Positions 22,301-30,654 of a stretch of 64,000 nt of DNA are shown here, piece by piece. The stretch is taken from the NCBI GenBank assembly GCA_000004985.1, contig GG738852.1, one strand, 5' to 3'. Each line of letters opens with the position of its first letter. Position 1 is the stretch's first letter. Under the pieces are notes generated by a model, which saw only the letters and a program-made list of their open reading frames with translations, was not told the origin of the DNA and ran no database searches. The position numbers and the translations under genes are program-made. The DNA is from Naegleria gruberi (Eukaryota).

Positions 22301-22472
22301 GTGGAGGTCTATTGTCCTCCGAATTTGAATTGTTATTATTATTGGTGATGAAGGTACTTGTTGAGAAATGTCTGATAGAATTCAAGAATGCAAGTCGGGT
22401 GTTGAGTAAAAGTAATTGGTTCTTTATGCATCCCTTGTGGAAGGTTGATGAAGAGGCAATCAATTTTCTCAT
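19350..22472 (-). CDS. SUV3: SUV3-type ATP-dependent RNA helicase (mitochondrial degradosome), with an Asn-rich N-terminal extension. Single exon.
   Basis: There is a mitochondrial presequence-like N-terminus. The helicase core shows GPTNSGKTHAAL, DEIQM, FGGDNKLDAEIEV and QIAGRAGRRG, matching the SUV3/SUPV3L1 family. Confidence 0.85.
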   Translation of the reverse strand: MRKLIASSSTFHKGCIKNQLLLLNTRLAFLNSIRHFSTSTFITNNNNNSNSEDNRPPHKKSFNNNKNQHHYSHNPHNNDSYKKRDTNDNFKYFDEDSSTTKRRNDNNNRRQRNNYNSNNRNDNNYNNNNNSNRNDRFNNSKQFNQRRNNFDISRPVDNSVENEVNSMVNRLLSKSRPSVHNKNNQQNNFSENKYKDWSYPTVSAKCPENLDFKKNTEQTLVTTVINAETVERFKSFMLNHVKNNLNFKSKCKSIHYELIFEIFCSEIVVRSNNDPDFAALVEDILAFHPENIIQSNVSDKKDESLFSNVSDFLFYDFSAITDMALSHSNFSNEVSVWFNTFVQQRYPEDYHLYTEALKTCDMTNPFNYYKKSIPFGRKIIYHMGPTNSGKTHAALTRLSQSENGVYCGPLRLLAQEVFTKMNTQYGCKCNLMTGQERRIIPGANHVACTIEMADLNEVYDVAVVDEIQMISDNQRGAAWTRALLGLQAREIHICGDGSALTIVKNLIFGGDNKLDAEIEVVESENPNYDPTSESDNVDSNQNLYHYHQPVAANKLLQYTKSGIADSIDVIPYTRMKPLEISSESLQGSVQNIKDFDCIVTFSRNEIYEIKKMIEINTGIRCCVIYGALPPEVRTEQAELFNDSGNQDPEENGGQRDFTVLVASDAVGMGLNLNIKRVVFYRMTKYDYSKGGVAPLDVSLVKQIAGRAGRRGFHEIGQVTTFYENDLQYLHQCMNIPNEEITKAGLFPEWDQVESFSKVYKAKELANNPEGSGISLYEVLEKFFALSRIHKDFFFCDVQQVLDLATSIDDAGPKLTLKQKFDFVNAPVPGFDRAKEMHIRYVEDFSNPNIAAVPLNIDMENILRILDKIREKAKVTEQGFVNSVSVYLQEALKNIEFYHRMIDLYLWLANRYPLRFDKEAAEQAREVLMTELTESLLNQTEENKKIKSVGLLKENAPRAFEYVTFKRNNVRNEEPLDPSLQGLKRVIIGGKEYFKKNQFQVISRDKVTRDLVDVMVDSMDEATSEQQQKQQTKTTSSTSQQ

Positions 22473-22567
22473 TTTTTTGATTGAATTATTTTCTGTTACT
22501 CTCGACTTTTAGATATTCTAGTTAATATCATAATAGAATAATTTATTTACAAAATAGAATTGGAAAC

Positions 22568-24032
22568 CTAGAATGATTCGTCTAAAACATTTTCAACATC
22601 ATCAAAATTCTCAGAATGGGCAGTGTGGTCGCTGAAATCATTAAGTGAATGATTACTGGCATTATCCTTAAAATCATCAGAATAGTTATCATTAAAGTCA
22701 CTACCACCTGAGAATTCAGAAATAGCTTCTCCTTGATCCCAATTTTCTTCACCAAAATCAACATCTTCCTCAAAATTGTCAGCAAACTCATCAATATCAT
22801 GGCCATGATGGTTATCAAAATGGTCATCCAATTGTTCATGGTCATGATCACCAAAGTGATCACTGTGTTGACTGTGAATCGAATGATTGCTGTGCTGACT
22901 CGTGTTACTATGATTACTAAGTTTTCCTGCACTATGATTTGAATGTTGACTATGATTACTCTTTTGACTTTGTGAACTCTTTTGACTTGTTGGAGAATCA
23001 ATGTCTGAAATGTCCAAGTCTGAATCCTCTTCAAATACACTTGTCAGGAAGGCAGACTTTGGTTTTGGTTTTTCCTCAATAATAGGTGGCGACTTGTTGG
23101 CTGGTTGGGTTATTGGTTTGAGGGGTGGTAATTTTTGTGAAATAGTTGGAGCATCTGACAAACTAGATTCCTTTGGGCTTGATTCTGGAGATGTCTCATT
23201 TGGTTTCTTTTTGGTTCTCTTCTTCATGGTTGAACTCAATTGTTCTTCTTCGAATGAGTCCTCTAGAAGAGTTGCTTGGCTTATCATTGGTGAGTTATTT
23301 TGTGATGATGAACCAGTCATGTTGGTGAGAATTGGAGATGGTTCAACATTAACAGGAGAGCTACTTGTGATGTTCGAAATGATTGGAGATGAAGTCTTAG
23401 TTTCCATAACTTTAGGTGATGAAGTGGAGAATGATGTTTGTTTTGTTAGGGTTGGTGATTGAGAAACAGTTTGTTGAATATTACTAGTTGTTGTGGAATA
23501 GTTAGCAGAATTTGAGAGTCTGGAAAATAATTGAAGCAAAAGAGGTTTGTCTGCACTCAAAGATGAGGTGTCAATATTTTGTTTTGCTAGCATTTCTCTA
23601 ACTTGGCTTCTATCATTTGATTCCTATTATTATTTGGATGATTTTGATTTCAATATTAGATATGATATCAATTACTTACCAAGTTTGCTTCTGGTAAAAG
23701 TACACTCTTTGAAAATTTAAGGTCATAAAAATCAAAGTATTCCAGAATTAATTGAGCCAGTAAAGAATCTGTTGCGTGGTCAGGAAATAAATTCTATTGT
23801 ACTTACTTTCTTGATTTCCTTTAATAGACTCCGATTTGTGATTTTGATAATAAACATCACCTCTTGGTCTTCCGTGCAAAACATCATAAACGCTTGCTCT
23901 CATCTGAGCCTTATATCTACCTAAAACACCGGTACAAGTTAGTGTTTGAGCAACCATATCCTTTAATTCTAAGACCTGTCTATTATCTGCCATGTTCATT
24001 GCTGTTGTTGAGGTGAAAAGACTTGTTGCCAT
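22568..24032 (-). CDS. FOP (FGFR1 oncogene partner)/TONNEAU1-like centrosomal protein: N-terminal FOP-dimerisation (LisH-like) domain plus a long Ser/Thr-rich tail. Exons are 23807..24032, 23680..23768 and 22568..23623. Introns are 38 nt (23769..23806) and 56 nt (23624..23679).
   Basis: MATSLFTSTTAMNMADNRQVLELKDMVAQTLTCTGVLGRYKAQMRASVYDVL aligns with human FOP LRDLLVQTLENSGVLNRIKAELRAAVF. The spliced product NSLLAQLILEYFDFYDLKFSKSVLLPEANLESNDRS matches ASLVAEFLQFFNLDFTLAVFQPE. Both introns start GTAAGT. Confidence 0.7.
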
Positions 24033-24249
24033 TTTTTCTTCTTTGTTGTTGACGATACAATTCTTGGCGCAACAAATGTAATCAAATTGGCGGGAAAGTT
24101 TTTTGGTCAATAAGTCTTACATCGAATAGGCTCCCACTTACTTGTTAGCAATTAATTGATACTATGTTCTATTAAGTGTTATTAAGAATATTAACATTGA
24201 TTAAAAGAAAAGAAAGTTGATTATCATCAATTAAATTGATTGAAAAAAA

Positions 24250-26175
24250 ATGAAAAGATTGAACAACTCTTTGCGTGTGGTGAATAATTATTGTCTTGCT
24301 CATTCTTCATTAAAGTCTTCGAGTCAACAACAATTTTATCAAGGAGCCATTGCTTGTTTATGCACCACCAACAACAATATTTCCATCAGACAAGGAACAA
24401 CAACATTATCCATCAATTCCCTTTTAAATTCTCATCAAACATTTAATTTCCACACTAGAAATATAAATCTTTCCGAACACAAATCATCCACTACAACTGT
24501 TCAATCAAATAATACTATTCAACATGTTTCCGACTATATGAAACGAAAATTGACATCATGTGTAAAACCAGATTATATTCCACAAATTGATGAAGCTGTC
24601 AAACATTTCGAAAAACTAGATTTTTCATCATCACTTAAATCCTTACAACAATTGAACGAATCAGTTTTCAATGAGGAAAAGAACTTTTTCACTGAAGCAA
24701 TGCAAAATATTAGAATGATTTATCAATATGTTAATTTTATGGAACAAACTTATTCTCAAGTTGATGGTGTCCATCAAATTCCACTCTTTTCTTCTATATT
24801 AACAGAGGATGCTGTTAACAATGACTATGTCAAGTATGAAGAGGCCACAAAAGAACTCGAAAATTTAATCAAATCATCTCCACAAAATACTGCTGAAATG
24901 GTCACAACAAGAAGAAAACTTGCCTGGATTAAATTCCATCAAAACTATCTCTTGAATGGTATTAATGATTTGAAGGAAGCTCTCTCAATTGCTAGAAATA
25001 TTCATGGTAAGACATCTGTTGAGGCATGTTATTGCTATGCAGATTTGGCAACTTTCTATGTGTGTAGTGACAATGTTTCAGCTGCTGAAAAGTGTGCCAA
25101 GATTGTCATTTCATTACTTTCAAACAAGCATGATAAGACTCCATATATGGAAGAAAAGATTGCCATGTCCATGTGTGCTCTCTCAGAATCTCTCAGAGAA
25201 ACCAATCAAGAAGAATCTATCAAGATTAACACAAGTGCTATCAAAATCATTGAAAAAATCTATGGTAGAAGAAATAAGAAATGGATTGATTGTATCTATA
25301 CTTTGATTACTAATTATGATTCCATTGCAGCAGACATGAAAGATAAGAATTCTAATAATAATGAATTTATTCAAAAAGGAAATACTCTATTCCAATTAGT
25401 TGGTGACTTGTTGGATAAGAATGCCTTTACAAATACCCTCCTTCTTCCACTCAGACAAAGTACTGTCGATGAAGACAGCTATGAGGACGATTTATTATTG
25501 AAAATGTACAGAAGAAGAAAGTATCCACTCCCTCTTGCAACTCATGCCCTTTTTGGAGCTGCTAGAGTTGTTCTCAGTGGAGAGGAACCAGAAAAATCAA
25601 TTGACCTCTATGAAAAGGCTCTCTTCTATCTCTCAAAGGAATATGCTGAAGATGAATTTTTAATTGAAAAGGAATTTGCATGCTCACAACTTGCCTGTAT
25701 TTATGCCTTAATGAATAAGAATGAAAAAGGTGAAGCTCTCTTGACTGCCTGTATTGGCAGAATTGGAAAGGCTTTGGGTACTGACAATAGATTCTATCAA
25801 GATATTGCCAGTTATGAAGCTCTTATGGGAGTAAATCCAAATAATGTTGGTGAAGGATTGGGTATTCCAGGATTGGATGCTCTCATGGGTCAAAATGGAG
25901 GTAAATCAACAGACGATATAAGGAAAGAATTGGAAAAGTTTGGATTTGATGTAGATAGTCTCACCTCAATGATGGAACAAACTTTAAAGAGTGGCGGTGG
26001 AAAGAATATGAATGAAAAGGATATGTTTGCTGCTTTGGCCAGTCAAATGGCTCAACAAGCAAAGGCTGCACAATCTAAACCTCCTCAATCAAAGGCTTCT
26101 CCTCAACCAACAACTCCAAAACCATCCACAACTAGTCAATCTAAACCAACTCCAAAAAAGTCAAATAAAAAATAA
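24250..26175 (+). CDS. Helical-repeat (TPR-like) protein with a probable mitochondrial presequence and a K/P/S/T/Q-rich C-terminal tail. Single exon.
   Basis: A 641-aa ORF. The N-terminus is basic and hydroxylated (MKRLNNSLRVVNNY..). The middle has repeated amphipathic helical pairs (..ACYCYADLATFYVCSDNVSAAEKCAKIV.., ..LYEKALFYLSKEYAEDEF..). No catalytic motif found. Confidence 0.5.
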   Translation: MKRLNNSLRVVNNYCLAHSSLKSSSQQQFYQGAIACLCTTNNNISIRQGTTTLSINSLLNSHQTFNFHTRNINLSEHKSSTTTVQSNNTIQHVSDYMKRKLTSCVKPDYIPQIDEAVKHFEKLDFSSSLKSLQQLNESVFNEEKNFFTEAMQNIRMIYQYVNFMEQTYSQVDGVHQIPLFSSILTEDAVNNDYVKYEEATKELENLIKSSPQNTAEMVTTRRKLAWIKFHQNYLLNGINDLKEALSIARNIHGKTSVEACYCYADLATFYVCSDNVSAAEKCAKIVISLLSNKHDKTPYMEEKIAMSMCALSESLRETNQEESIKINTSAIKIIEKIYGRRNKKWIDCIYTLITNYDSIAADMKDKNSNNNEFIQKGNTLFQLVGDLLDKNAFTNTLLLPLRQSTVDEDSYEDDLLLKMYRRRKYPLPLATHALFGAARVVLSGEEPEKSIDLYEKALFYLSKEYAEDEFLIEKEFACSQLACIYALMNKNEKGEALLTACIGRIGKALGTDNRFYQDIASYEALMGVNPNNVGEGLGIPGLDALMGQNGGKSTDDIRKELEKFGFDVDSLTSMMEQTLKSGGGKNMNEKDMFAALASQMAQQAKAAQSKPPQSKASPQPTTPKPSTTSQSKPTPKKSNKK

Positions 26176-26319
26176 ATTTTCAATTTTATTTAACAATTTT
26201 AATTCTATGTAATAACACACAATCGGCTGTGAAATGCCATTCAAAAGAATAAATAATCAACTAGTACTGCTTTCATCAATTTTCCATTTGTACAAGATTT
26301 GAACAATTTCCAAGATAAT

Positions 26320-26634
26320 TTAGTTTTGTGATTTTGGAGTGAGAGAAACACCAGCAATTGTAGCTGATTTCTTCAATAAATCGTTCAATGTTGGTTCGTA
26401 TTTTCCGACCTTGTACATTTGAATCAATTCCGAATAATCCTTTAGTGTTGTTACATATCCTTCATAGAGTTTGGCCTTTTTAAACATTTCTGGATTTTGT
26501 TTGTTAGCACGGAATTGTGATTGAACATATTTGAGGGCTTCCGTACTTCCGGTTAATTCTCTTGTGGTTCTCAAGATGCGATAAATATTTCTATACGATA
26601 AAAGAACAGCTTCTCTTGTTGGTGTTATGCTCAT
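26320..26634 (-). CDS. LYR-motif (Complex1_LYR family) small mitochondrial protein
   Basis: A 104-aa protein. AVLLSYRNIYRILRTTREL carries the L-Y-R tripeptide and a downstream conserved F, as in LYRM/ISD11/SDHAF1-type proteins. Confidence 0.6.
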   Translation of the reverse strand: MSITPTREAVLLSYRNIYRILRTTRELTGSTEALKYVQSQFRANKQNPEMFKKAKLYEGYVTTLKDYSELIQMYKVGKYEPTLNDLLKKSATIAGVSLTPKSQN

Positions 26635-26753
26635 TTTTTGTGTGATAATTAAATTTTTATTATTAATAATTATTTATTATTTATATAATAATTGAAGTAT
26701 TAGCTCAAAACAAGATTTTAATTGAATTACAATAAATTAATTAATATTTATAA

Positions 26754-27495
26754 TTATATCAATTCCTTCTTTAAACAAACTTTTTCTTTTGGAACAACTT
26801 GACCAGCTTGTCTTTCAATTTCTTGTTTAACAAATTCAATGACTTGTTCTGGAGTTTCGGCAACTTTGAACAATTTTCTCGAATCTCCCTTTCCAACAAA
26901 TCCATCCTGTTCAGCCCTATCCAATAACATGATCAAATGTGCATAATATTGATTGGTATTCAAAATAATAATTTCACCATCAAAAAGTCCCAATTGTTTC
27001 CAAGTAATTGATTCCAAAACTTCCTCCAATGTACCAACACCTCCAGGTAAAGCAATACAAGCACACACATTCTGAATCATTAATTGTTTTCTCTCATGCA
27101 TTGACTCGGTAATTATCAATTCGGAAATGAAATTCTTATCAACGTGCCAATTACGATCCACCATGAATTGAGGTAAGATACCAGTAACATAACCACCCTC
27201 ATCCATACATCCTTCCCTTGTTGTTAATATAATACTGTGGAAATTTCTTCAACAAACACATACCTTTAGCAACTCGGAACATTAACCCACAATTACCTGC
27301 ACCATACTTGAGAGAAATTGAGGAGCGAGCCAGGAGCTTTCCCACCTCTGTGGAGGCTTGTTTGTATTCGTCTGGTAAATTTTCAGAGGCTGCACAATAC
27401 ACTGCAACGGAATATTGATTTGGATTGATGATGGTAGTAGTACTCAACTTGAGAGTTTCATCAACTAATGAAGATTGATTTTCATTGTTTAACAT
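26754..27495 (-). CDS. LOG family protein (cytokinin riboside 5'-monophosphate phosphoribohydrolase / TIGR00730 Rossmann hydrolase). Exons are 27264..27495 and 26754..27211, with a 52-nt intron (GTATGT...GGGAAG) at 27212..27263.
   Basis: The conserved blocks are KYGAGNCGLMFRVAKG (GGG..GLMG.VA), spliced to GCMDEGGYVTGILP (GG.ViGIIP), then ..MHERK.., GGVGTLEE.. and ..GFV... The two track ORFs 27199..27495 and 26754..27206 are out of frame and need an intron of length 1 mod 3. The donor is GTATGT and the acceptor is a weak AAG. Confidence 0.7.
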
Positions 27496-27638
27496 TTTTT
27501 TTAATTGATTTTCATTATCTTTGATTCTACATTATTATTATCATGCTTTATTTAAACATTGTTACTACACATTATATAGTTTGCAAAATGACATTCTTAG
27601 GTTTACAATATATTTACAAAAATCAAGATAATGCACCT

Positions 27639-28037
27639 TTAAATTGCAAACCATAAACTAAGGAAAATTGTCAATCCAATAATTAAACCTATCGTGAAAA
27701 ACAATCCACATCTCAAACAAAAATGTGAAAGAATGGCATCTTTCCAATTAACTTTCTTATAAGTGTCATACGAAATTTCATCGTCATGAGTATTGTCTTC
27801 CTCTCTTCTCGTCACTATCGCACTCACTTCGGAATGTGTAGAAGAAAAAACACTATCATTTCGTTTCTGAAGGGAATCGAATATTTCTCTATTCGAAGGT
27901 TGGTTATTGTTTATAAGTGGAACAACCTCATCATCCGAATGTGAATCATAATCGTTCATGATTTTATTGAGAAGAGTTTGATCATCTTCTTGTTTTTTTG
28001 TTTTATTCGATGTCCTCGATAATTGTTGTTGTGACAT
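27639..28037 (-). CDS. Small tail-anchored membrane protein (hypothetical)
   Basis: A 132-aa protein, acidic and hydrophilic at the N-terminus, with a single C-terminal TM helix (FFTIGLIIGLTIFLSLWFAI). Confidence 0.4.
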   Translation of the reverse strand: MSQQQLSRTSNKTKKQEDDQTLLNKIMNDYDSHSDDEVVPLINNNQPSNREIFDSLQKRNDSVFSSTHSEVSAIVTRREEDNTHDDEISYDTYKKVNWKDAILSHFCLRCGLFFTIGLIIGLTIFLSLWFAI

Positions 28038-28329
28038 TTTTTATTTGATTTTTGACAAATAATTATAATCTTGCCTGATATTTATCAATGTCCTTATAAA
28101 AATGATCATATCTATTGGATTTTAAATGATTTAAATGTTTAAGGTTAAACAATATAGGTGAAACGAGTTGAACATCTTGAATGATAAACCGAAAGATATT
28201 ATTTACTTTCCTTGTATGAAGAAATCAACTTTTTCATTCGAAAAATTTAAATAATTCTACTGAGATAGTCTCAACACAAATTCCACATAAAATAATAATT
28301 ACCACCAATTAAAAATTGTTCAACAAAAT

Positions 28330-28737
28330 TTAATGGATATCAGCATTCATAATACGATACATGGTCCAAGACAATGTGCCTCCAGCAAAGAAGAACATTG
28401 GAGCAGCATTAACAAAAGTCATAGTCTTGAAATGTCCAAATTCCAAAAGAGCGTGACCAAGAGCAATAGCAAAAGCAGATGCATTCATATAGTGCATTGG
28501 AAGTGATTGTGGGAACATGGCCAAAATCAAACAAGCAGAAATACTACCACCAGTCCAATTAGCAAACATTCTTCCGAAGAGTGGATCAAAAGGTTCCTTC
28601 TTCTTACTGTATACATTCTTGGTCAAAATAGATGGTTTAACATAACCAGTAATAATTGAAAATCCTCTAAACAAGGCAACAAATGCCAACCAGTATGAAA
28701 AATAGGTATTGTTTTGCATAAAGGCAACGTGATCCAT
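28330..28737 (-). CDS. Erg28-like small ER membrane protein
   Basis: 135 aa with 2-4 TM segments. K.VY.KK.EP...LFGRMFANWT aligns with yeast Erg28 RKVYERKPTE..LSARTFGTWT, ALGHALLEFGHFKT with ALFHFGSELLIFRT, and TLSWTMY with SLVWMY. Confidence 0.5.
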   Translation of the reverse strand: MDHVAFMQNNTYFSYWLAFVALFRGFSIITGYVKPSILTKNVYSKKKEPFDPLFGRMFANWTGGSISACLILAMFPQSLPMHYMNASAFAIALGHALLEFGHFKTMTFVNAAPMFFFAGGTLSWTMYRIMNADIH

Positions 28738-29031
28738 TTTTTTTTAATTTTAAAAATTTTATTTAACGAAATTGGCGCACAAGTCGCTCTAGTTTTTCTT
28801 AATTACTACTACAGAAAATATATAATGTGAGTATTATTCTTAACAATATTAAGGTGAATAAGATTTTCTGTATAGCATATTGAGGGTGTTTCTCATGATA
28901 TCTCTCCATTTAATATTAGCCTCCATTTTGTTGATATACTGCTTATTTAGTGCCCTTTCCAAAGTAGTTCTGTTTTCTTACATCTTTCCACGTATCTTCT
29001 TATTGGTGTTTAGAATCAAGTAGTAAAAAAA

Positions 29032-29736
29032 ATGTACCCACACCTTACTAATAACAATATGACCTTGCCTTATCAACAAGAAGAGGAACCATACGGGAAG
29101 AGTTCTGCTCCACTTCTAGAACCACCTGTAATTTATGCTGCTGCTTCTTCTACTGTGGGTCAACAAGCTTCAATTAACCATTTTGACAATAATGCCAGTT
29201 ACAATGCAAATGAAGAAAATCCCTATTCAACCAAAATCATTAGAGTTGGCTCTATTCTTTTGTTTGTTGGAACTGCAATTGTAACCATGTTTCTTCTTGC
29301 AGATTTTGTTGCTGGCACAATTTATTATACATCAACAAGGTATCCGAATGGAAGTCCACGCAATGCACCTGCTGTCAGCTTTGTGAAATTCCCATTATTG
29401 GCATTGAATGCCATCTTGTTGATCCTGAGTGGAGTGTTTGGAGTTTTATCCACCAAAAATGATTCAACCAGAACTGCTAGATTTTCATTGTTGCATGTTG
29501 TTTTTCTAAGTTTAGGAATGTTAGTTTTCGTATGGGAGTTTATATTCATTTATGTTTCATTCTTCACAACTGGATATGAATTTAACACATATTCACATGG
29601 TTATCACTTTATTCCATTCTTGGTCATATTTTCTCTGTTTTCGTTCATTGGAGTTTTATGTTGTGGAATTTGTTGTGTTTCTGGTGTTGTCAGATTGAGA
29701 AATATTGATTTAAACATAAAGGAAACAAGCATTTAA
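29032..29736 (+). CDS. Four-TM membrane protein with a PY-motif-rich N-terminus and a C-terminal Cys cluster (hypothetical; MARVEL- or tetraspan-like)
   Basis: A 234-aa protein. The N-terminus has ..LPYQQEEEPYGK.. and ..PPVIY.. motifs, then four hydrophobic helices, and the C-terminus has CCGICCVSG (potential palmitoylation). Confidence 0.45.
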   Translation: MYPHLTNNNMTLPYQQEEEPYGKSSAPLLEPPVIYAAASSTVGQQASINHFDNNASYNANEENPYSTKIIRVGSILLFVGTAIVTMFLLADFVAGTIYYTSTRYPNGSPRNAPAVSFVKFPLLALNAILLILSGVFGVLSTKNDSTRTARFSLLHVVFLSLGMLVFVWEFIFIYVSFFTTGYEFNTYSHGYHFIPFLVIFSLFSFIGVLCCGICCVSGVVRLRNIDLNIKETSI

Positions 29737-29855
29737 TCTGTATTGTTTATAATAAATTCATTCACATATATCTTTAAGGTTGTAAATAAGTTTAATCATC
29801 AAGTTTCAACTGAAAATATTGAGTTGTGCAGTCCTTTGGATTCTCAAGTAAAAAA

Positions 29856-30626
29856 ATGTTAAAAAATACCATCAATTCATTATTCATAATCAAACCTTCA
29901 AGAGATTTAAGAGTTTCCTTGATTTTTAATTCTAATAATTTATTCAACAACACGTGTACTTTTTCAAATAATTATAGCAATAATTTTTCATTTGTTAACC
30001 ATCATAACAATCAATCGAGAGGAATGAAAATTTATACAAAAACTGGAGACAAGGGAACAACATCACTCTACTCGGGAGAACGTAGAACAAAGGATGATTT
30101 GGTATTTGATGCTTTGGGATCAGTCGATGAACTGAATGCTAATCTTGGACTTGCCTATGAACATTTATTGCAAATTAAATTGTGTGATGAATTGGGAGAA
30201 ACTGATATGAACAATATTGAATTGTTAAAATCGAGTTTGACATCTGTTCAGAGTAGATTGTTGGATTTAGGATCTTGCATTGCCACTCCTATTGAAACAA
30301 CTACTTCCGAAGATAAGATTAATCGAGTCAAGTTTGATAATTCGAATATTGAAAAGGTAGAAAATTGGATTGACACACTGGATGGATCTTTACCACCTTT
30401 GAAAAATTTCATATTGCCTGGTGGTGGATTGACTGCTTCTCAATTGCATGTAGCTCGTACTGTTTGTAGAAGATCCGAGAGAGATGTTGTTTCACTTGTA
30501 AATAGAGGTCAACAAGGTTTGGAAGATGTACAGAAATATTTGAATCGTTTGAGTGACTTTTTGTTTGTTGCTGCTCGTTATGCTTCAAAGATTGAGGGTA
30601 AGGAAGAAGTTGTATATAAAAAATAG
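29856..30626 (+). CDS. MMAB: ATP:cob(I)alamin adenosyltransferase, PduO/MMAB type, with a mitochondrial presequence
   Basis: MKIYTKTGDKGTTSLYSGERRTKDDLVFDALGSVDELNANLGLA is the PduO-type signature (IYTRTGD.G.TSL..G.R..K). First in-frame ATG is at 29856. The ORF ends with TAG at 30626. Confidence 0.85.
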   Translation: MLKNTINSLFIIKPSRDLRVSLIFNSNNLFNNTCTFSNNYSNNFSFVNHHNNQSRGMKIYTKTGDKGTTSLYSGERRTKDDLVFDALGSVDELNANLGLAYEHLLQIKLCDELGETDMNNIELLKSSLTSVQSRLLDLGSCIATPIETTTSEDKINRVKFDNSNIEKVENWIDTLDGSLPPLKNFILPGGGLTASQLHVARTVCRRSERDVVSLVNRGQQGLEDVQKYLNRLSDFLFVAARYASKIEGKEEVVYKK

Positions 30627-30654
30627 ATTATTATCAATCATTCAATCATTTAAA

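Noticed and set aside
22582-23462. Overlapping 152-aa, 153-aa and 69-aa ORFs inside and antisense to the FOP-like gene tail
   Set aside because: They lie within the Ser-rich low-complexity coding tail of the FOP-like gene, in alternative frames or antisense. There are no start-context or homology signals.
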